A stretch of 64,000 bases of DNA from Thermodesulfobacteriota bacterium (GTDB lineage Bacteria > Desulfobacterota_D > UBA1144), in contig JAQWMJ010000040.1 in assembly GCA_029246845.1 (NCBI GenBank), positions 46,094 to 110,093 on the forward strand, read 5' to 3'. Position 1 is the first letter of the stretch, and the number at the start of each line of letters is the position of its first letter. The translations under genes and the position numbers were made by a program. Shown here piece after piece: positions 40,451-50,809 of the stretch. The notes under the pieces are model-generated. The model saw only the letters and a program-made list of their open reading frames with translations, had not been told where the DNA came from and searched no databases.

Positions 40451-41165
40451 AATTTTTTGTCTTTGGTAATTCCATTAAATTTTCTTGAACTGCTCTTTCT
40501 ACTAGGGGATCTGGATATCCCGCTTCCTCAAAACCCCTGGCTCTTAATAAATTTGCATGATCATTTGATGTTGGTGGATACTTCCCATCATAACTTGTAT
40601 GAGAAAAGGATAAGGCTTCCCAACATTTCTTATCAAGTCCCTTAGCCATTAAGACTATATCTGATTTCTTTAAATCCATAAGAGGTGTTAATATTTTTAT
40701 CTTTCTCTCCATAGCCAGTGAAATAGTTTCTTCCAGACTTTTTACGAAATCTATTCTACAATCTGGGTATCCTCCAAAATCCTCTTGGCAGATTCCTGTA
40801 ATCATAGTATCTATATCCATAGAGTATGCTTTGTTTGCAGCTAAAGAAAGAAATAATAGATTCCTACCGGGTACAAAAGTGTTTTGAAGCCCAGGGGTAC
40901 AATCTTCCAGACTGGAGAACTGGTCAAGTTTTATGTTTTTGTTTGTCAAAGGTGATTTTCCAGAAAAAAGCGGGCCTATAGATAATATTTCGTGTTTATC
41001 AATTTCAGCCAATTCTGCGGCTTTCTTTGCAGACTCAATCTCTATGCTATGCAATTGACCATAATCGAAAGTTAGAGCTGAACATGTATATCCCTGACTA
41101 ATTGCCCAGAATAAGCATGTTATGGAATCTTGGCCCCCACTTAAAATAACTAATGCATGTTTCAT
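40434..41165 (-). CDS. queC: 7-cyano-7-deazaguanine synthase, variant lacking the Zn-binding cysteines
   Basis: SGGQDS PP-loop, FDYGQ.H, TFVPGRN, GYPDCR, TPLM.L.K. Confidence 0.92.
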   Translation of the reverse strand: MKHALVILSGGQDSITCLFWAISQGYTCSALTFDYGQLHSIEIESAKKAAELAEIDKHEILSIGPLFSGKSPLTNKNIKLDQFSSLEDCTPGLQNTFVPGRNLLFLSLAANKAYSMDIDTMITGICQEDFGGYPDCRIDFVKSLEETISLAMERKIKILTPLMDLKKSDIVLMAKGLDKKCWEALSFSHTSYDGKYPPTSNDHANLLRARGFEEAGYPDPLVERAVQENLMELPKTKNYENKD

Positions 41166-41192
41166 AAAATTGATAAATAATATTATATATTC

Positions 41193-41630
41193 ATGGGCAC
41201 AATTAGAAAAATAAATTTTAACGATTTAGATGAGGTAAATAAGTTAGAGAAATCTATCTTTTCGAATTTTTGGTCTTTGGAGATAATCAAAAGCCAAATC
41301 AAGCATCCTGAATCAATAAATCTTTTACTAGCTAAAGAGACGCAGATTCTGGGGTATCTCTTTACACGTAAATATATAGACTTTGTTGAAATAGAAAGAA
41401 TTGGTGTTCTTAGCAGCAAAAGAAGAAACTATGTTGGAGAAGAGCTTATAAAAAAGCTTGAGGTAATAGTTGCACTTGAAGGTATAAAAAAGATTACATT
41501 AGAAGTTAGAGAAGATAATCATTCGGCTATCAGTTTATACAAAAAGCTTGGTTTCAATAAAGACTCAATAAGAAAAGATTATTATCAAGACAAAGAAAAT
41601 GCTATCTTGATGAGTAAAATACTAGATTGA
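41193..41630 (+). CDS. rimI: RimI-like GNAT acetyltransferase
   Basis: ITLEVR.DN..AI.LY.KLGF...IRKDYY...ENA.LM. Confidence 0.85.
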   Translation: MGTIRKINFNDLDEVNKLEKSIFSNFWSLEIIKSQIKHPESINLLLAKETQILGYLFTRKYIDFVEIERIGVLSSKRRNYVGEELIKKLEVIVALEGIKKITLEVREDNHSAISLYKKLGFNKDSIRKDYYQDKENAILMSKILD

Positions 41631-43247
41631 TCCTTTATATCTTCCATGAACTGACTCTAATGCTGATGTCATCTCACCAATAGTAGAGTATTCTCTGACA
41701 GCTTCTAAGATATAAGGCATTATATTCTCACTATTTTCTGCAGCTTTGGTAAGTAAGGATAAACATTTATTAACTTTTTCATTATCTCTACTCTTTCTTA
41801 AAATCTTCAAGCTTTCATTCTGATTTTTTTCTAAGTTTTTATCTATTCCTTGAATAGGAGGTACTTCCTCATCCTCAGCTTTAAAGTCGTTTACACCTAC
41901 AATAACTCTTTCTTTACTTTCAAGTTCAATCTGAAAATCATACGCAGAATTCTCAATTTCACTCTGAATGTAATTATCTTCGATACACTTAACCATTCCG
42001 CCTTTCTTTTTTATGATTTTAAGATATTCATAAACTTTTTCTTCAATCTGATCGGTCAAATTTTCTACAAAGTATGAACCTGCAAAAGGATCAATAGTGT
42101 TAGCAACATCACACTCATGGGCAATGATTTGTTGAGTTCTTAAAGCTATCGTTGCTGACTCTTCGGTAGGCAATCCTAAAGCTTCGTCAAATGAATTTGT
42201 ATGCAATGATTGAGTACCACCTAGTACTGCTGCCATCGCCTGCATAGCAGTTCTAACGATATTATTCAAAGGCTGCTGAGCAGTAAGGGTGACTCCACCA
42301 GTCTGCGAATGAGTCCTGAATTTGCAAGCATTATCATCTTTTACATCAAATTCTTTTCTAAGTATATTTGCCCAAATTCTCCTTGCAGCTCTATATTTGG
42401 AAATTTCTTCGAAGAAATTACCATGTACGGCAAAAAAGAATGACACTCTTTTACATATTCCCTCGATATCTAAATTCCTTTCTTTTGCAATCTCAAGATA
42501 CTCTATAGCATCTGCTAGCATGAATGCCACTTCTTGGACTGCTGTTGAACCAGCTTCTCTAATATGGTACCCACTAACACTAATTGGATTCCATTTAGGT
42601 ACAAAATCTTTACAGTATTCCATTAAATCAACGCTTATTTGAACAGAAGGATTTGGTGGAAAAGCATAAGTGCCTCTAGCTATAAACTCTTTCAATAAAT
42701 CATTCTGAGTTGTGCCCATTATCTTATCTGCTGCAACTCCTTGTTTCTCAGCTGCGACAATATACATCGCTAAAAGCATTGATGCTGTGGCGTTAATAGT
42801 CATCGAGGTTGATACTTTATCTAGTGGAATACCATCAAACAAAACCTCAATATCTCTCAATGAGTCAATAGCAACTCCAACCTTTCCGACTTCTCCCTTA
42901 CTAACAGGAGCATCTGAGTCATAGCCCATTTGTGTAGGAAGATCGAAGGCCACGCTTAAACCTGTTTGACCTTTGTCTAAGAGATATTTAAACCTTTCAT
43001 TTGTTTCTTTTGCAGATCCAAAACCAGCATATTGTCGCATGGTCCAGAATCTTCCTCGATACATAGTTGGTTGAACACCTCTAGTAAAAGGGAATTCGCC
43101 AGGCATGGAGTTTTTTTCATCTAAGTTTCCAGAAATATCTTCTTGAGTATAAAATCTTTTTATTTTTATATTAGATGTAGTTTGAAAGTCCTTCTTTCTT
43201 TCCTTTAACTTTTCTTTGTATTTTTCTTCCCAATCATTCTTTTTCAT
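41622..43247 (-). CDS. Methylmalonyl-CoA mutase, N-terminal (substrate-binding) subunit; no B12-binding domain
   Basis: PGEFPFTRG..PTMYRGRFWTMRQYAGF, SVAFDLPTQ, SISGYH-like SVSGYHIREAG, GGTQSLHTN. Confidence 0.93.
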   Translation of the reverse strand: MKKNDWEEKYKEKLKERKKDFQTTSNIKIKRFYTQEDISGNLDEKNSMPGEFPFTRGVQPTMYRGRFWTMRQYAGFGSAKETNERFKYLLDKGQTGLSVAFDLPTQMGYDSDAPVSKGEVGKVGVAIDSLRDIEVLFDGIPLDKVSTSMTINATASMLLAMYIVAAEKQGVAADKIMGTTQNDLLKEFIARGTYAFPPNPSVQISVDLMEYCKDFVPKWNPISVSGYHIREAGSTAVQEVAFMLADAIEYLEIAKERNLDIEGICKRVSFFFAVHGNFFEEISKYRAARRIWANILRKEFDVKDDNACKFRTHSQTGGVTLTAQQPLNNIVRTAMQAMAAVLGGTQSLHTNSFDEALGLPTEESATIALRTQQIIAHECDVANTIDPFAGSYFVENLTDQIEEKVYEYLKIIKKKGGMVKCIEDNYIQSEIENSAYDFQIELESKERVIVGVNDFKAEDEEVPPIQGIDKNLEKNQNESLKILRKSRDNEKVNKCLSLLTKAAENSENIMPYILEAVREYSTIGEMTSALESVHGRYKGSI

Positions 43248-43249
43248 AA

Positions 43250-44230
43250 TTAAGACACCCTAACTATGTTCTCTTTAGCCAAAGCTATTAATGAATCTTT
43301 ATATTTACTTTCATTTAAAGACTCAATTGCCAAGATTGCCTTCGAACTATAGTTACTTGCAAACTGTAAAGTTTCTTCTACTGCATTGTTTTCTAATACA
43401 AAATTATACAGAATATCTAAATTCTTTCTATCAAAATTTTTCTTTTGTAAGATTTTTAAAATAACTTTTTTATCGTTATAAGGTGCCTTATCTAATGCTA
43501 TTAGCATTGGCAATGTAACCTTGCCTTCTTTAATATCTTCCATTGTATGCTTTCCCATCTTACTTGAATCCCCAAGCAAATCTAATGCATCGTCAATTAG
43601 CTGGTAAGAAATTCCAAGGTTTGTTCCGTATAATTTTAATTTTCTTACTTTAGCTATGTCTGTTGTTGAAAGGAGAGCGCCAACTTCAGCTGATGATGAA
43701 ATAAGTGAGGCTGTTTTTAACTTTATCATTTTAAAATAAATATCCTGGTTAAAAGTGACTAACCTTTTAGAAATCATAATATCCAGTATTTGACCATTCG
43801 CTAATTCAGATGCGGCATTAGTCACAGACCCCATAACCTTGCTACTCTTACACTTATTAATTAAGAAAAGAGACCTTGCAAGCAAGAAATCTCCCACTAA
43901 GACTGTTGCGTGATCTCCCCAAATCCTATTAGCCGACTTTAATCCCCTTCTAATCTCAGCCTGATCGACTATATCATCGTGAATTAAAGAAGCGTTATGA
44001 AGCAATTCAACAGATGCTGCAGCTGACAATATCTTCTTATCTATAGTTTTCCCCAAAGAAAGTGCAGAAAGTAAGACTATTGAGGGTCTAAGTCTTTTTC
44101 CTGGTTTATTAATAAGATGCTTAATCACTTCAAAAGAAATCTTAATATCACTGGGAATTTCATCATTGAGTAATAATTCAACTTTATCAAGATATTTTAA
44201 GATAGGCTCTTTTATTGATGAAGAATCCAT
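43250..44230 (-). CDS. Polyprenyl diphosphate synthase (IspB/HepT family)
   Basis: GKRLRP, LIHDDIVD...RRG, GDFL, KTA, YQLIDDALD, EGK.TLP. Confidence 0.93.
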   Translation of the reverse strand: MDSSSIKEPILKYLDKVELLLNDEIPSDIKISFEVIKHLINKPGKRLRPSIVLLSALSLGKTIDKKILSAAASVELLHNASLIHDDIVDQAEIRRGLKSANRIWGDHATVLVGDFLLARSLFLINKCKSSKVMGSVTNAASELANGQILDIMISKRLVTFNQDIYFKMIKLKTASLISSSAEVGALLSTTDIAKVRKLKLYGTNLGISYQLIDDALDLLGDSSKMGKHTMEDIKEGKVTLPMLIALDKAPYNDKKVILKILQKKNFDRKNLDILYNFVLENNAVEETLQFASNYSSKAILAIESLNESKYKDSLIALAKENIVRVS

Positions 44231-44295
44231 TTTTGTAAGTTATCAGAAAAAATAAATAAGTCAAAAAGCTAAAAAAATAATATAAAATATGGGGG

Positions 44296-44739
44296 ATGCT
44301 TATTTATGATTACATTTTCGTCATATTAGTTTTAATTTTTGGTTTAGCAGGTTTCTACTTAGGGATTATTAAATCCTTCTCGAAGCTTTTCTGTTTGTTA
44401 ATTCCACTTTTTGTCTCTTTTGTAGGATCTAACGAGATTAATTCAAGATTAATCTCTGATTATAATTTTTACAGTGGTCCTGGGTCATATCTTATTTCAA
44501 GTATTTGTATTTATCTCACACTATATGGAATTTCTAAATTATTCTTCTTTTTAGTCGATATGATTTTATCTTATTTAAATCTGTCTTTGGTAAATAGGTT
44601 AATAGGTTTGATAACAGGGATAGCTTTAGGTTCTGTGATTGGATTTTTACTTCTACTAGGCGTTATGGAAATCTTAAATATAGAAACCCTTATTTGTAAA
44701 AAAATTATAGGATATTTATCTTTTTTTTTAACTATATAA
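44296..44739 (+). CDS. CvpA-family membrane protein
   Basis: D..F......G...G.IK start; L..VNRLIG...G pattern; four TM segments. Confidence 0.7.
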   Translation: MLIYDYIFVILVLIFGLAGFYLGIIKSFSKLFCLLIPLFVSFVGSNEINSRLISDYNFYSGPGSYLISSICIYLTLYGISKLFFFLVDMILSYLNLSLVNRLIGLITGIALGSVIGFLLLLGVMEILNIETLICKKIIGYLSFFLTI

Positions 44740-45765
44740 GTGTATGATTCTAAAGTGGACGAGAAGTTAACAGCATACCAATATCTATTAAAAGAAAAGC
44801 TTTCAGGTGACAAAAATAGAGAGCTTATATCTCTACTCAAAGACCTTAAGCTCGCTGGTAGGCAGGTAAGTAAAGAGCTAAATACAGGAGCTCTAGCGGG
44901 TTCACTTGGAGATTATACTGGCTCCAAAAACTCTCACGGTGAAAAGGTAAAAAAGCTAGACTTAATAGCCAACAATCTATTTATAAAGTCGTTGGAAAAT
45001 GGTGGGAATTGTGCTGGAATCGTCTCGGAAGAAAATGAAAAAATAGTAATTTTTAATAATGAGAATTCCAAAAATTCCAAATATATCGTTTTAATAGATC
45101 CTTTAGATGGTTCCTCTAATATCGATGTGAATGTTCCTGTTGGTACAATTTTCTCCATACTTAAGAAACCCAAAAGTTCAAAAAAGCTAACAACTAAAGA
45201 TTTTTTACAAGAAGGTACAAAGCAAATAGCTGCTGGTTACATAATTTATGGTTCGTCAACAATTTATGTCTTAACTGTTGGTAAAGGAGTAGACGCTTTT
45301 ACCCTTGATCCTTATGTAAATGAATTTTACGTTTCTCAAACAAATATACAAATACCTGAAAATGCTAGGATGTATTCAGTAAATCAAGGAAATTTTTTTG
45401 AATTTCCTCTTGCACTTCAGGAATATATTAGATGGTGTGAGCAAAAAGATGTTAAAACTGGAAGACCCTATTCTTTGCGTTATGTAGGATCAATGGTTGC
45501 AGATTTACATAGGAGTCTTTTTAAAGGTGGTCTCTTTATATACTCGCAGGCTAAGAACGCACCTGATGGAAAACTTAGGTTAATGTATGAATGTAATCCA
45601 ATGGCATTTATTATTGAGCAAGCTGGTGGGCTAGCTTCTGATGGGAAAAAAAATATTTTATCTATTAAACCAAAATCAATTCACCAAAAATCCCCTATAT
45701 TTATTGGTTCCAGCGCTATGGTTAAGATGGTTAGCAAGTATCTGAAGAGTAAGCTTTTTTCTTAA
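44740..45765 (+). CDS. fbp: Fructose-1,6-bisphosphatase class I
   Basis: [49 protein letters not shown]. Confidence 0.96.
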   Translation: MYDSKVDEKLTAYQYLLKEKLSGDKNRELISLLKDLKLAGRQVSKELNTGALAGSLGDYTGSKNSHGEKVKKLDLIANNLFIKSLENGGNCAGIVSEENEKIVIFNNENSKNSKYIVLIDPLDGSSNIDVNVPVGTIFSILKKPKSSKKLTTKDFLQEGTKQIAAGYIIYGSSTIYVLTVGKGVDAFTLDPYVNEFYVSQTNIQIPENARMYSVNQGNFFEFPLALQEYIRWCEQKDVKTGRPYSLRYVGSMVADLHRSLFKGGLFIYSQAKNAPDGKLRLMYECNPMAFIIEQAGGLASDGKKNILSIKPKSIHQKSPIFIGSSAMVKMVSKYLKSKLFS

Positions 45766-46835
45766 GCAATAGTTATTTTTTTATTTAAATAAACATCTTG
45801 AACGGCATTTAGAATTTTAATACCTTCGTCCATAGGTTTTTGAAAAGCCTTTCTTCCAGTTATCAACCCCATGCCACCGGCACGTTTATTGATAATAGCT
45901 GTCTTAACTACCTGAGCGATATCATTATCCCCAGAGGCACCACCTGAGTTAATCAAGCCAGCTCTCCCCGACAAGCAGTTTAAAACTTGATACCTATTTA
46001 AATCTATAGGGTGGGTTGAGGTTAACTCTGAATAAACCTTCTCATGAGTCTTTCCAAAATTAAGTTCGGTAAAACCGCCGTTATTTTCGGCTAGCTTTTG
46101 TTTCACGATATCTGCTTGAATTGTTGCAGATAAGTGGTCAGCTTGGCCTGTCAAGTCTGAGCTTAAATGATAATCATTTTTCTTTGTTTTAAAAGATGAA
46201 TTTCTGAGATAAGCCCAAAGTATTGTTACCAGACCTAAAGAGTGAGCATATTCAAAAAGCTCCGAAACCTCCTGAATTTGCCTAGTACTCTCCTCTGAAC
46301 CAAAATAAATAGTTGCTCCAACACCTATTGCCCCCATATTAAATGCCTGGTCAACTGACGCAAAGCGAATTTGATCGTATTGATTTGGATAAGTTAGAAA
46401 TTCATTATGATTTAGCTTTAATATAAAAGGAATCTTATGTGCATACTTCCTTGAAACAGAGCCTAAAACCCCCAAGGTTGACGTTATAGCACCACAACCA
46501 CCTTCAATTGCAAGTTTAACAATATTCTCTGGATCAAAATATAGTGGGTTTGGGGCAAAGGAAGCGCCAGCTGAATGCTCGACACCTTGATCAACGGGAA
46601 GTATTGAAAGGTAACCAGTTCCTCCAAGTCTTCCATGGTTAAATAATGTCTGAAGATTTCTCATGACAATATTAGACCTATCTGAATCTTTTAAAACTCT
46701 ATCTACAAAGTCTGGGCCGGGTTTTATTATATTTTTTGAGTCTACTGTCTTGCATTGGTGATCGAGAAGATAACTAGCTTCATCACCTAATAGGTTCTCA
46801 ATCCAACTTAAATCATTCTTGGAGCTTTTTTTCAT
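45762..46835 (-). CDS. fbaB: Class I (Schiff-base) fructose-bisphosphate aldolase
   Basis: [42 protein letters not shown]. Confidence 0.95.
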   Translation of the reverse strand: MKKSSKNDLSWIENLLGDEASYLLDHQCKTVDSKNIIKPGPDFVDRVLKDSDRSNIVMRNLQTLFNHGRLGGTGYLSILPVDQGVEHSAGASFAPNPLYFDPENIVKLAIEGGCGAITSTLGVLGSVSRKYAHKIPFILKLNHNEFLTYPNQYDQIRFASVDQAFNMGAIGVGATIYFGSEESTRQIQEVSELFEYAHSLGLVTILWAYLRNSSFKTKKNDYHLSSDLTGQADHLSATIQADIVKQKLAENNGGFTELNFGKTHEKVYSELTSTHPIDLNRYQVLNCLSGRAGLINSGGASGDNDIAQVVKTAIINKRAGGMGLITGRKAFQKPMDEGIKILNAVQDVYLNKKITIA

Positions 46836-46857
46836 TATATTTTTTTAGTATAAATTA

Positions 46858-48066
46858 TTAATCAAGAATTTCTATACCTGGCAAACTACTTCCACCCAAA
46901 TATTCTAACAATGCACCCCCACCAGTAGACATATGTGAAATCTCAGATTCTAAAACTTCAGCCTTTCGAATTGCTGCAATTGTTTCACCCCCACCTACAA
47001 CTGAAGTTGCTCCTCTCCAAGTTGCTAAAGCAACTGCTCGTGCAACGTGAATTGTCCCAGATGAGTATTGCTCAAATTCAAAAACACCCATTGGGCCATT
47101 CCAAAAAATATAGCCTGGGCCCTTTATAATCGAGTTAAACAATTCTATAGTCTTGGGACCAATGTCCAGCGCCATATGACCATCAGGAATATCAATGTCT
47201 GATATCAAGCACTGGCTCGTTCTATTAAAATCTTTTGAAATAATATGGTCAATTGGGAGAACAATCTTATCCTTATATTTATCGTATACATCTTTCACCC
47301 AACTTAACATTTCTTCTTCATAAATAGAGTTACCTATATTAATTTTTTGTGCTTTTAAAAAAGTATATGCAGCACCACCACCGACTATTATCTTATCAGC
47401 TCCATCAAGTAAATTCCCTAGAGCAGAAATCTTATCCTTTATTTTAGAACCACCGATTATAACTAAAAACGGATGCTCCGGTGTTTTCATCATTTTTGAG
47501 ACAAAACTTAATTCTTTATCAACCAAGAAGCCACTTATTTTATCTACAAAGTCTTTTGTCATTCCATATGTAGAGCAATGAGCTCTATGTGAAGTTCCAA
47601 AGGCTTCATTTATATATACATCAGCAAGCTTAGCTAGTTCACTTGAAAAGGCAGGGTCATTCTCTGTTTCTGCTTTATGAAACCTAAGATTTTCAAGCAT
47701 TACAACTGAACCATCAGGTAGGTCGTCTAACTTGTCAGATAAACCACTTCCAATAAAATCTTTAACGAACAAAACTTTTTTATCTATTAGCTCAGATAAC
47801 CTGTTTGATACTATTTGCAGAGATAGATCTTTTACCACCTTCCCCTTTGGTCTTCCAAGATGAGATCCTAGTATAATTTTGGCCCCTGCATCTATTAGAA
47901 AATCAATAGTAGGTAGAGCTCTTCTAATACGATAGTCTTCTCTTATTGAATCCGTTTCAACATCTATAGGAACATTAAAATCAACTCGAACGAAAACTTT
48001 CTTACCTTGATAAAAAGACTTTGGAAAATCTGAAATGACCTTCTTTTTATCCAAGCGAACTTCCAA
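46858..48066 (-). CDS. pgk: Phosphoglycerate kinase
   Basis: RVDFNVP, SHLGRP, LENLRF, WNGPMGVFE, STGGGA. Confidence 0.96.
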   Translation of the reverse strand: MEVRLDKKKVISDFPKSFYQGKKVFVRVDFNVPIDVETDSIREDYRIRRALPTIDFLIDAGAKIILGSHLGRPKGKVVKDLSLQIVSNRLSELIDKKVLFVKDFIGSGLSDKLDDLPDGSVVMLENLRFHKAETENDPAFSSELAKLADVYINEAFGTSHRAHCSTYGMTKDFVDKISGFLVDKELSFVSKMMKTPEHPFLVIIGGSKIKDKISALGNLLDGADKIIVGGGAAYTFLKAQKINIGNSIYEEEMLSWVKDVYDKYKDKIVLPIDHIISKDFNRTSQCLISDIDIPDGHMALDIGPKTIELFNSIIKGPGYIFWNGPMGVFEFEQYSSGTIHVARAVALATWRGATSVVGGGETIAAIRKAEVLESEISHMSTGGGALLEYLGGSSLPGIEILD

Positions 48067-49057
48067 TCTTTATTGCTAAATCTAGCACTCTTGAGGAATA
48101 ACCATATTCATTATCATACCAAGCAATTACTTTTATAAAATTATCTCCAATCACACTTGTGCCAAAAGGATCAAAAACTGCTGAATGTTTATTCTTTAAC
48201 AAATCAACAGAAACCGCTCCTTCATGAGCTATATCAAGATAGCTATGAAGTGTTGATTTTGAAGCTTCTATAAAAGCAGAATTAATTGCCTCTGAAGATG
48301 CCTTATCTTTAATTCTGGCAACAAAGTCAACCATAGAAACATTTGGTGTCGGAACCCTAACAGATATAGCTGACAAGTTTCCTTTTAAGTCTGGAAAGAT
48401 TTCTTCAATAGCTTTAGTTGCCCCAGTACTAGTAGGAATCATCGATAAACCACCAGCTCTTGCTCTTCTGAGGTCAGAATGGGGAGAGTCAATTATTCTT
48501 TGATCATTTGTATAGGAGTGAATAGTAGTCATGTGGCCACTTTGGAGACCAAAATTATCTCTTAAGACTTTAACAATCATAGCTAAACAGTTAGTTGTGC
48601 ATGATGCATTAGAAACAATATGATGCTCGTTATTATCATACAAATCATCATTCGCGCCCATTACAGTAGTAAAATCTATATCACCTTTTCCAGGAGCCGA
48701 TATTATAACTTTCTTCACATTGCCACCCAAATGTTGCGAAGCTAGTTCTTTAGATGTGAATATACCTGTGGACTCAACTACAATCTGACACCCTTCATCT
48801 GACCAATTTATATCTGAGGGGTTTCTTTCTGAAAAGATCTTTGTCCTCTTTCCATCAATAGTAATTCCATCTGAATCATGAGAAACATTATTCTCTAAAA
48901 CACCAAAAACTGAGTCGTACTTTAATAAATGAGCACAAGTATTGAGGTCTGCAATATCGTTAATTGCTACAACATCAATCTTATCAGAAAGCAAAGAAAT
49001 TCTTAAAAGATTTCTGCCTATTCTTCCAAATCCGTTAATACCTATTTTAATTGACAT
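48047..49057 (-). CDS. gap: Type I glyceraldehyde-3-phosphate dehydrogenase
   Basis: INGFGRIGR, SNASCTTNCL, RVPTPNVS, WYDNEYGYS. Confidence 0.97.
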   Translation of the reverse strand: MSIKIGINGFGRIGRNLLRISLLSDKIDVVAINDIADLNTCAHLLKYDSVFGVLENNVSHDSDGITIDGKRTKIFSERNPSDINWSDEGCQIVVESTGIFTSKELASQHLGGNVKKVIISAPGKGDIDFTTVMGANDDLYDNNEHHIVSNASCTTNCLAMIVKVLRDNFGLQSGHMTTIHSYTNDQRIIDSPHSDLRRARAGGLSMIPTSTGATKAIEEIFPDLKGNLSAISVRVPTPNVSMVDFVARIKDKASSEAINSAFIEASKSTLHSYLDIAHEGAVSVDLLKNKHSAVFDPFGTSVIGDNFIKVIAWYDNEYGYSSRVLDLAIKIGSSLG

Positions 49058-49157
49058 ATTTTTATCCTTTTTATTCAGAGAGTTTTTTAATTTTACACTC
49101 TACATGATAGATTTCAAACAATTGAATTTATAAAAATTGCATGATACTGTGACAATT

Positions 49158-50171
49158 ATGAAGAAAATAAAAATTGGCATAATTGGGGTCACCGGATATA
49201 CAGGAATTGAGTTGCTTGAAATACTAAGTAATCATCCAATGGCTGACATTATTTTTGTTGGTGCAAATTCAAACTTTGGACCTTATATTAATGATGAAAT
49301 TCCAAGTTTGAATTTATCAAAAAGATTGAAAATTAGAAAAAACTTGGAAATTTTAAAATTGAAGAATATTGATTTAATTTTCTCATGCCTTCCAGGGGGA
49401 GGCTTAATCTCAATATACGATAAAATAAAAAAGACGAATGCAAAAATTATAGATTTAAGTGGTGATTTTAGACTAAACAAAAAAAGCCACATAAAATGGT
49501 ATGGATCAAAGAGAAATGCTTCAACACTGAAAGATTTTCAATATATTTTACCAGAAATTAATAGAGCTAAAATTAATAGAAAAATGAATATTTCTAATCC
49601 CGGGTGTTATGCTACATCTATACTGCTGGGGTTAATGCCAATTGCAGTGAACCTAAAGAACTTAGAAGATATTATTGTAGATACAAAATCCGGAATATCC
49701 GGTGCAGGTAAAAGTGGCAAGCTAGAACATAGCTTTTCAGAGAGTTACGACAATCTATCAACCTATAATGTTGGAGACCACAGACATTCACCAGAAATAG
49801 AGCAACTAATATTCAAAGAATCAGGTAAGAAGATTAACTTAATAATGGTGCCTCACCTTTTACCTATAAAAAGGGGCATAATGTCTAATATCTATATTTC
49901 AAGTAAAAAGCCATTTAATCAGCAACAAATTCTTAAATCATATAACGACTACTACTCAGGTTCTGATTTTGTAAAAGTTCTACAAACAGGTCTTCCTAAA
50001 ATTAGTTCCGTGCAAAATACTAATATTTGTCAAATTGGTATTAAAGTACTGCCACAGGATAAAACATTGCTCATATCCTCTGTTATTGATAATTTAACAA
50101 AAGGTGCTTCAGGCCAAGCTGTTCAAAATATGAATTTATTATTTAATTTAGAGGAAGATTTAGGACTTTAA
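49158..50171 (+). CDS. argC: N-acetyl-gamma-glutamyl-phosphate reductase
   Basis: [50 protein letters not shown] at 49158 preferred over the upstream TTG. Confidence 0.95.
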   Translation: MKKIKIGIIGVTGYTGIELLEILSNHPMADIIFVGANSNFGPYINDEIPSLNLSKRLKIRKNLEILKLKNIDLIFSCLPGGGLISIYDKIKKTNAKIIDLSGDFRLNKKSHIKWYGSKRNASTLKDFQYILPEINRAKINRKMNISNPGCYATSILLGLMPIAVNLKNLEDIIVDTKSGISGAGKSGKLEHSFSESYDNLSTYNVGDHRHSPEIEQLIFKESGKKINLIMVPHLLPIKRGIMSNIYISSKKPFNQQQILKSYNDYYSGSDFVKVLQTGLPKISSVQNTNICQIGIKVLPQDKTLLISSVIDNLTKGASGQAVQNMNLLFNLEEDLGL

Positions 50172-50801
50172 GTTTTTCATTTGCTCTTTTAATTCTTCAA
50201 TTTCTTTATTAATTCTTAAAATATCTTCTCCACTCGGATCAGGTAACTTATTATGATATAAGTCAGGTGCTATAGATGAAAAAGACTTTCCAACAACTTT
50301 ACCTGGGACACCAACAACTGTAGAATTCTCTGGAATATCATCAATTACAACAGAATTTGCACCAATCTTTGTATTCTCACCAATATTTAATGGCCCTAAA
50401 ATCTTACTTCCCGCACCAATAATGACATTGTCTCCTATCGTTGGATGTCTTTTACCAGGATTAGCACTTACGCCACCTAAAGTAACGCCTTGATAAATCG
50501 TAACATTCTTTCCAATGTCAGATGTTTCCCCAATTACTACACCCATTCCATGATCTATAAAAAAACCCTGGCCTATATTAGCTGCCGGATGGATTTCAAT
50601 TCCTGTTAAAGTCCTCAAAATATTTGATATCATTCTAGCTATAAGTTTAAGCCCCAAGTTCCACAAAAGACTTGCTATTCTATGCCAAAAGATTGCATGA
50701 AAACCTGGGTAATTAATTAGAATCTCTAAAAGATTCCTTGCTGCAGGGTCTCTTTCATTAACAGCGGCTATATCTAATTTAATACTTGTAAAAAAGCTCA
50801 T
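50160..50801 (-). CDS. cysE: Serine O-acetyltransferase
   Basis: [39 protein letters not shown]. Confidence 0.95.
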   Translation of the reverse strand: MSFFTSIKLDIAAVNERDPAARNLLEILINYPGFHAIFWHRIASLLWNLGLKLIARMISNILRTLTGIEIHPAANIGQGFFIDHGMGVVIGETSDIGKNVTIYQGVTLGGVSANPGKRHPTIGDNVIIGAGSKILGPLNIGENTKIGANSVVIDDIPENSTVVGVPGKVVGKSFSSIAPDLYHNKLPDPSGEDILRINKEIEELKEQMKNLKS

Positions 50802-50809
50802 ATCTTTAA

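Noticed and set aside
38434..41165. Bona fide anti-phage system (Qat, type IV CBASS, Thoeris/DSR, Dpd)
   Set aside because: No ATPase, TatD, CD-NTase, TIR, DpdA or helicase partners; housekeeping context; the Sir2-like protein resembles CobB-type Zn-finger sirtuins, not defence NADases
23689..49057. Autotrophic carbon fixation (3-hydroxypropionate or Calvin cycle) from carboxylase, mutase, fbp, fba, gap and pgk
   Set aside because: No malonyl-CoA reductase, propionyl-CoA synthase, RuBisCO or PRK in the window; heterotrophic roles suffice
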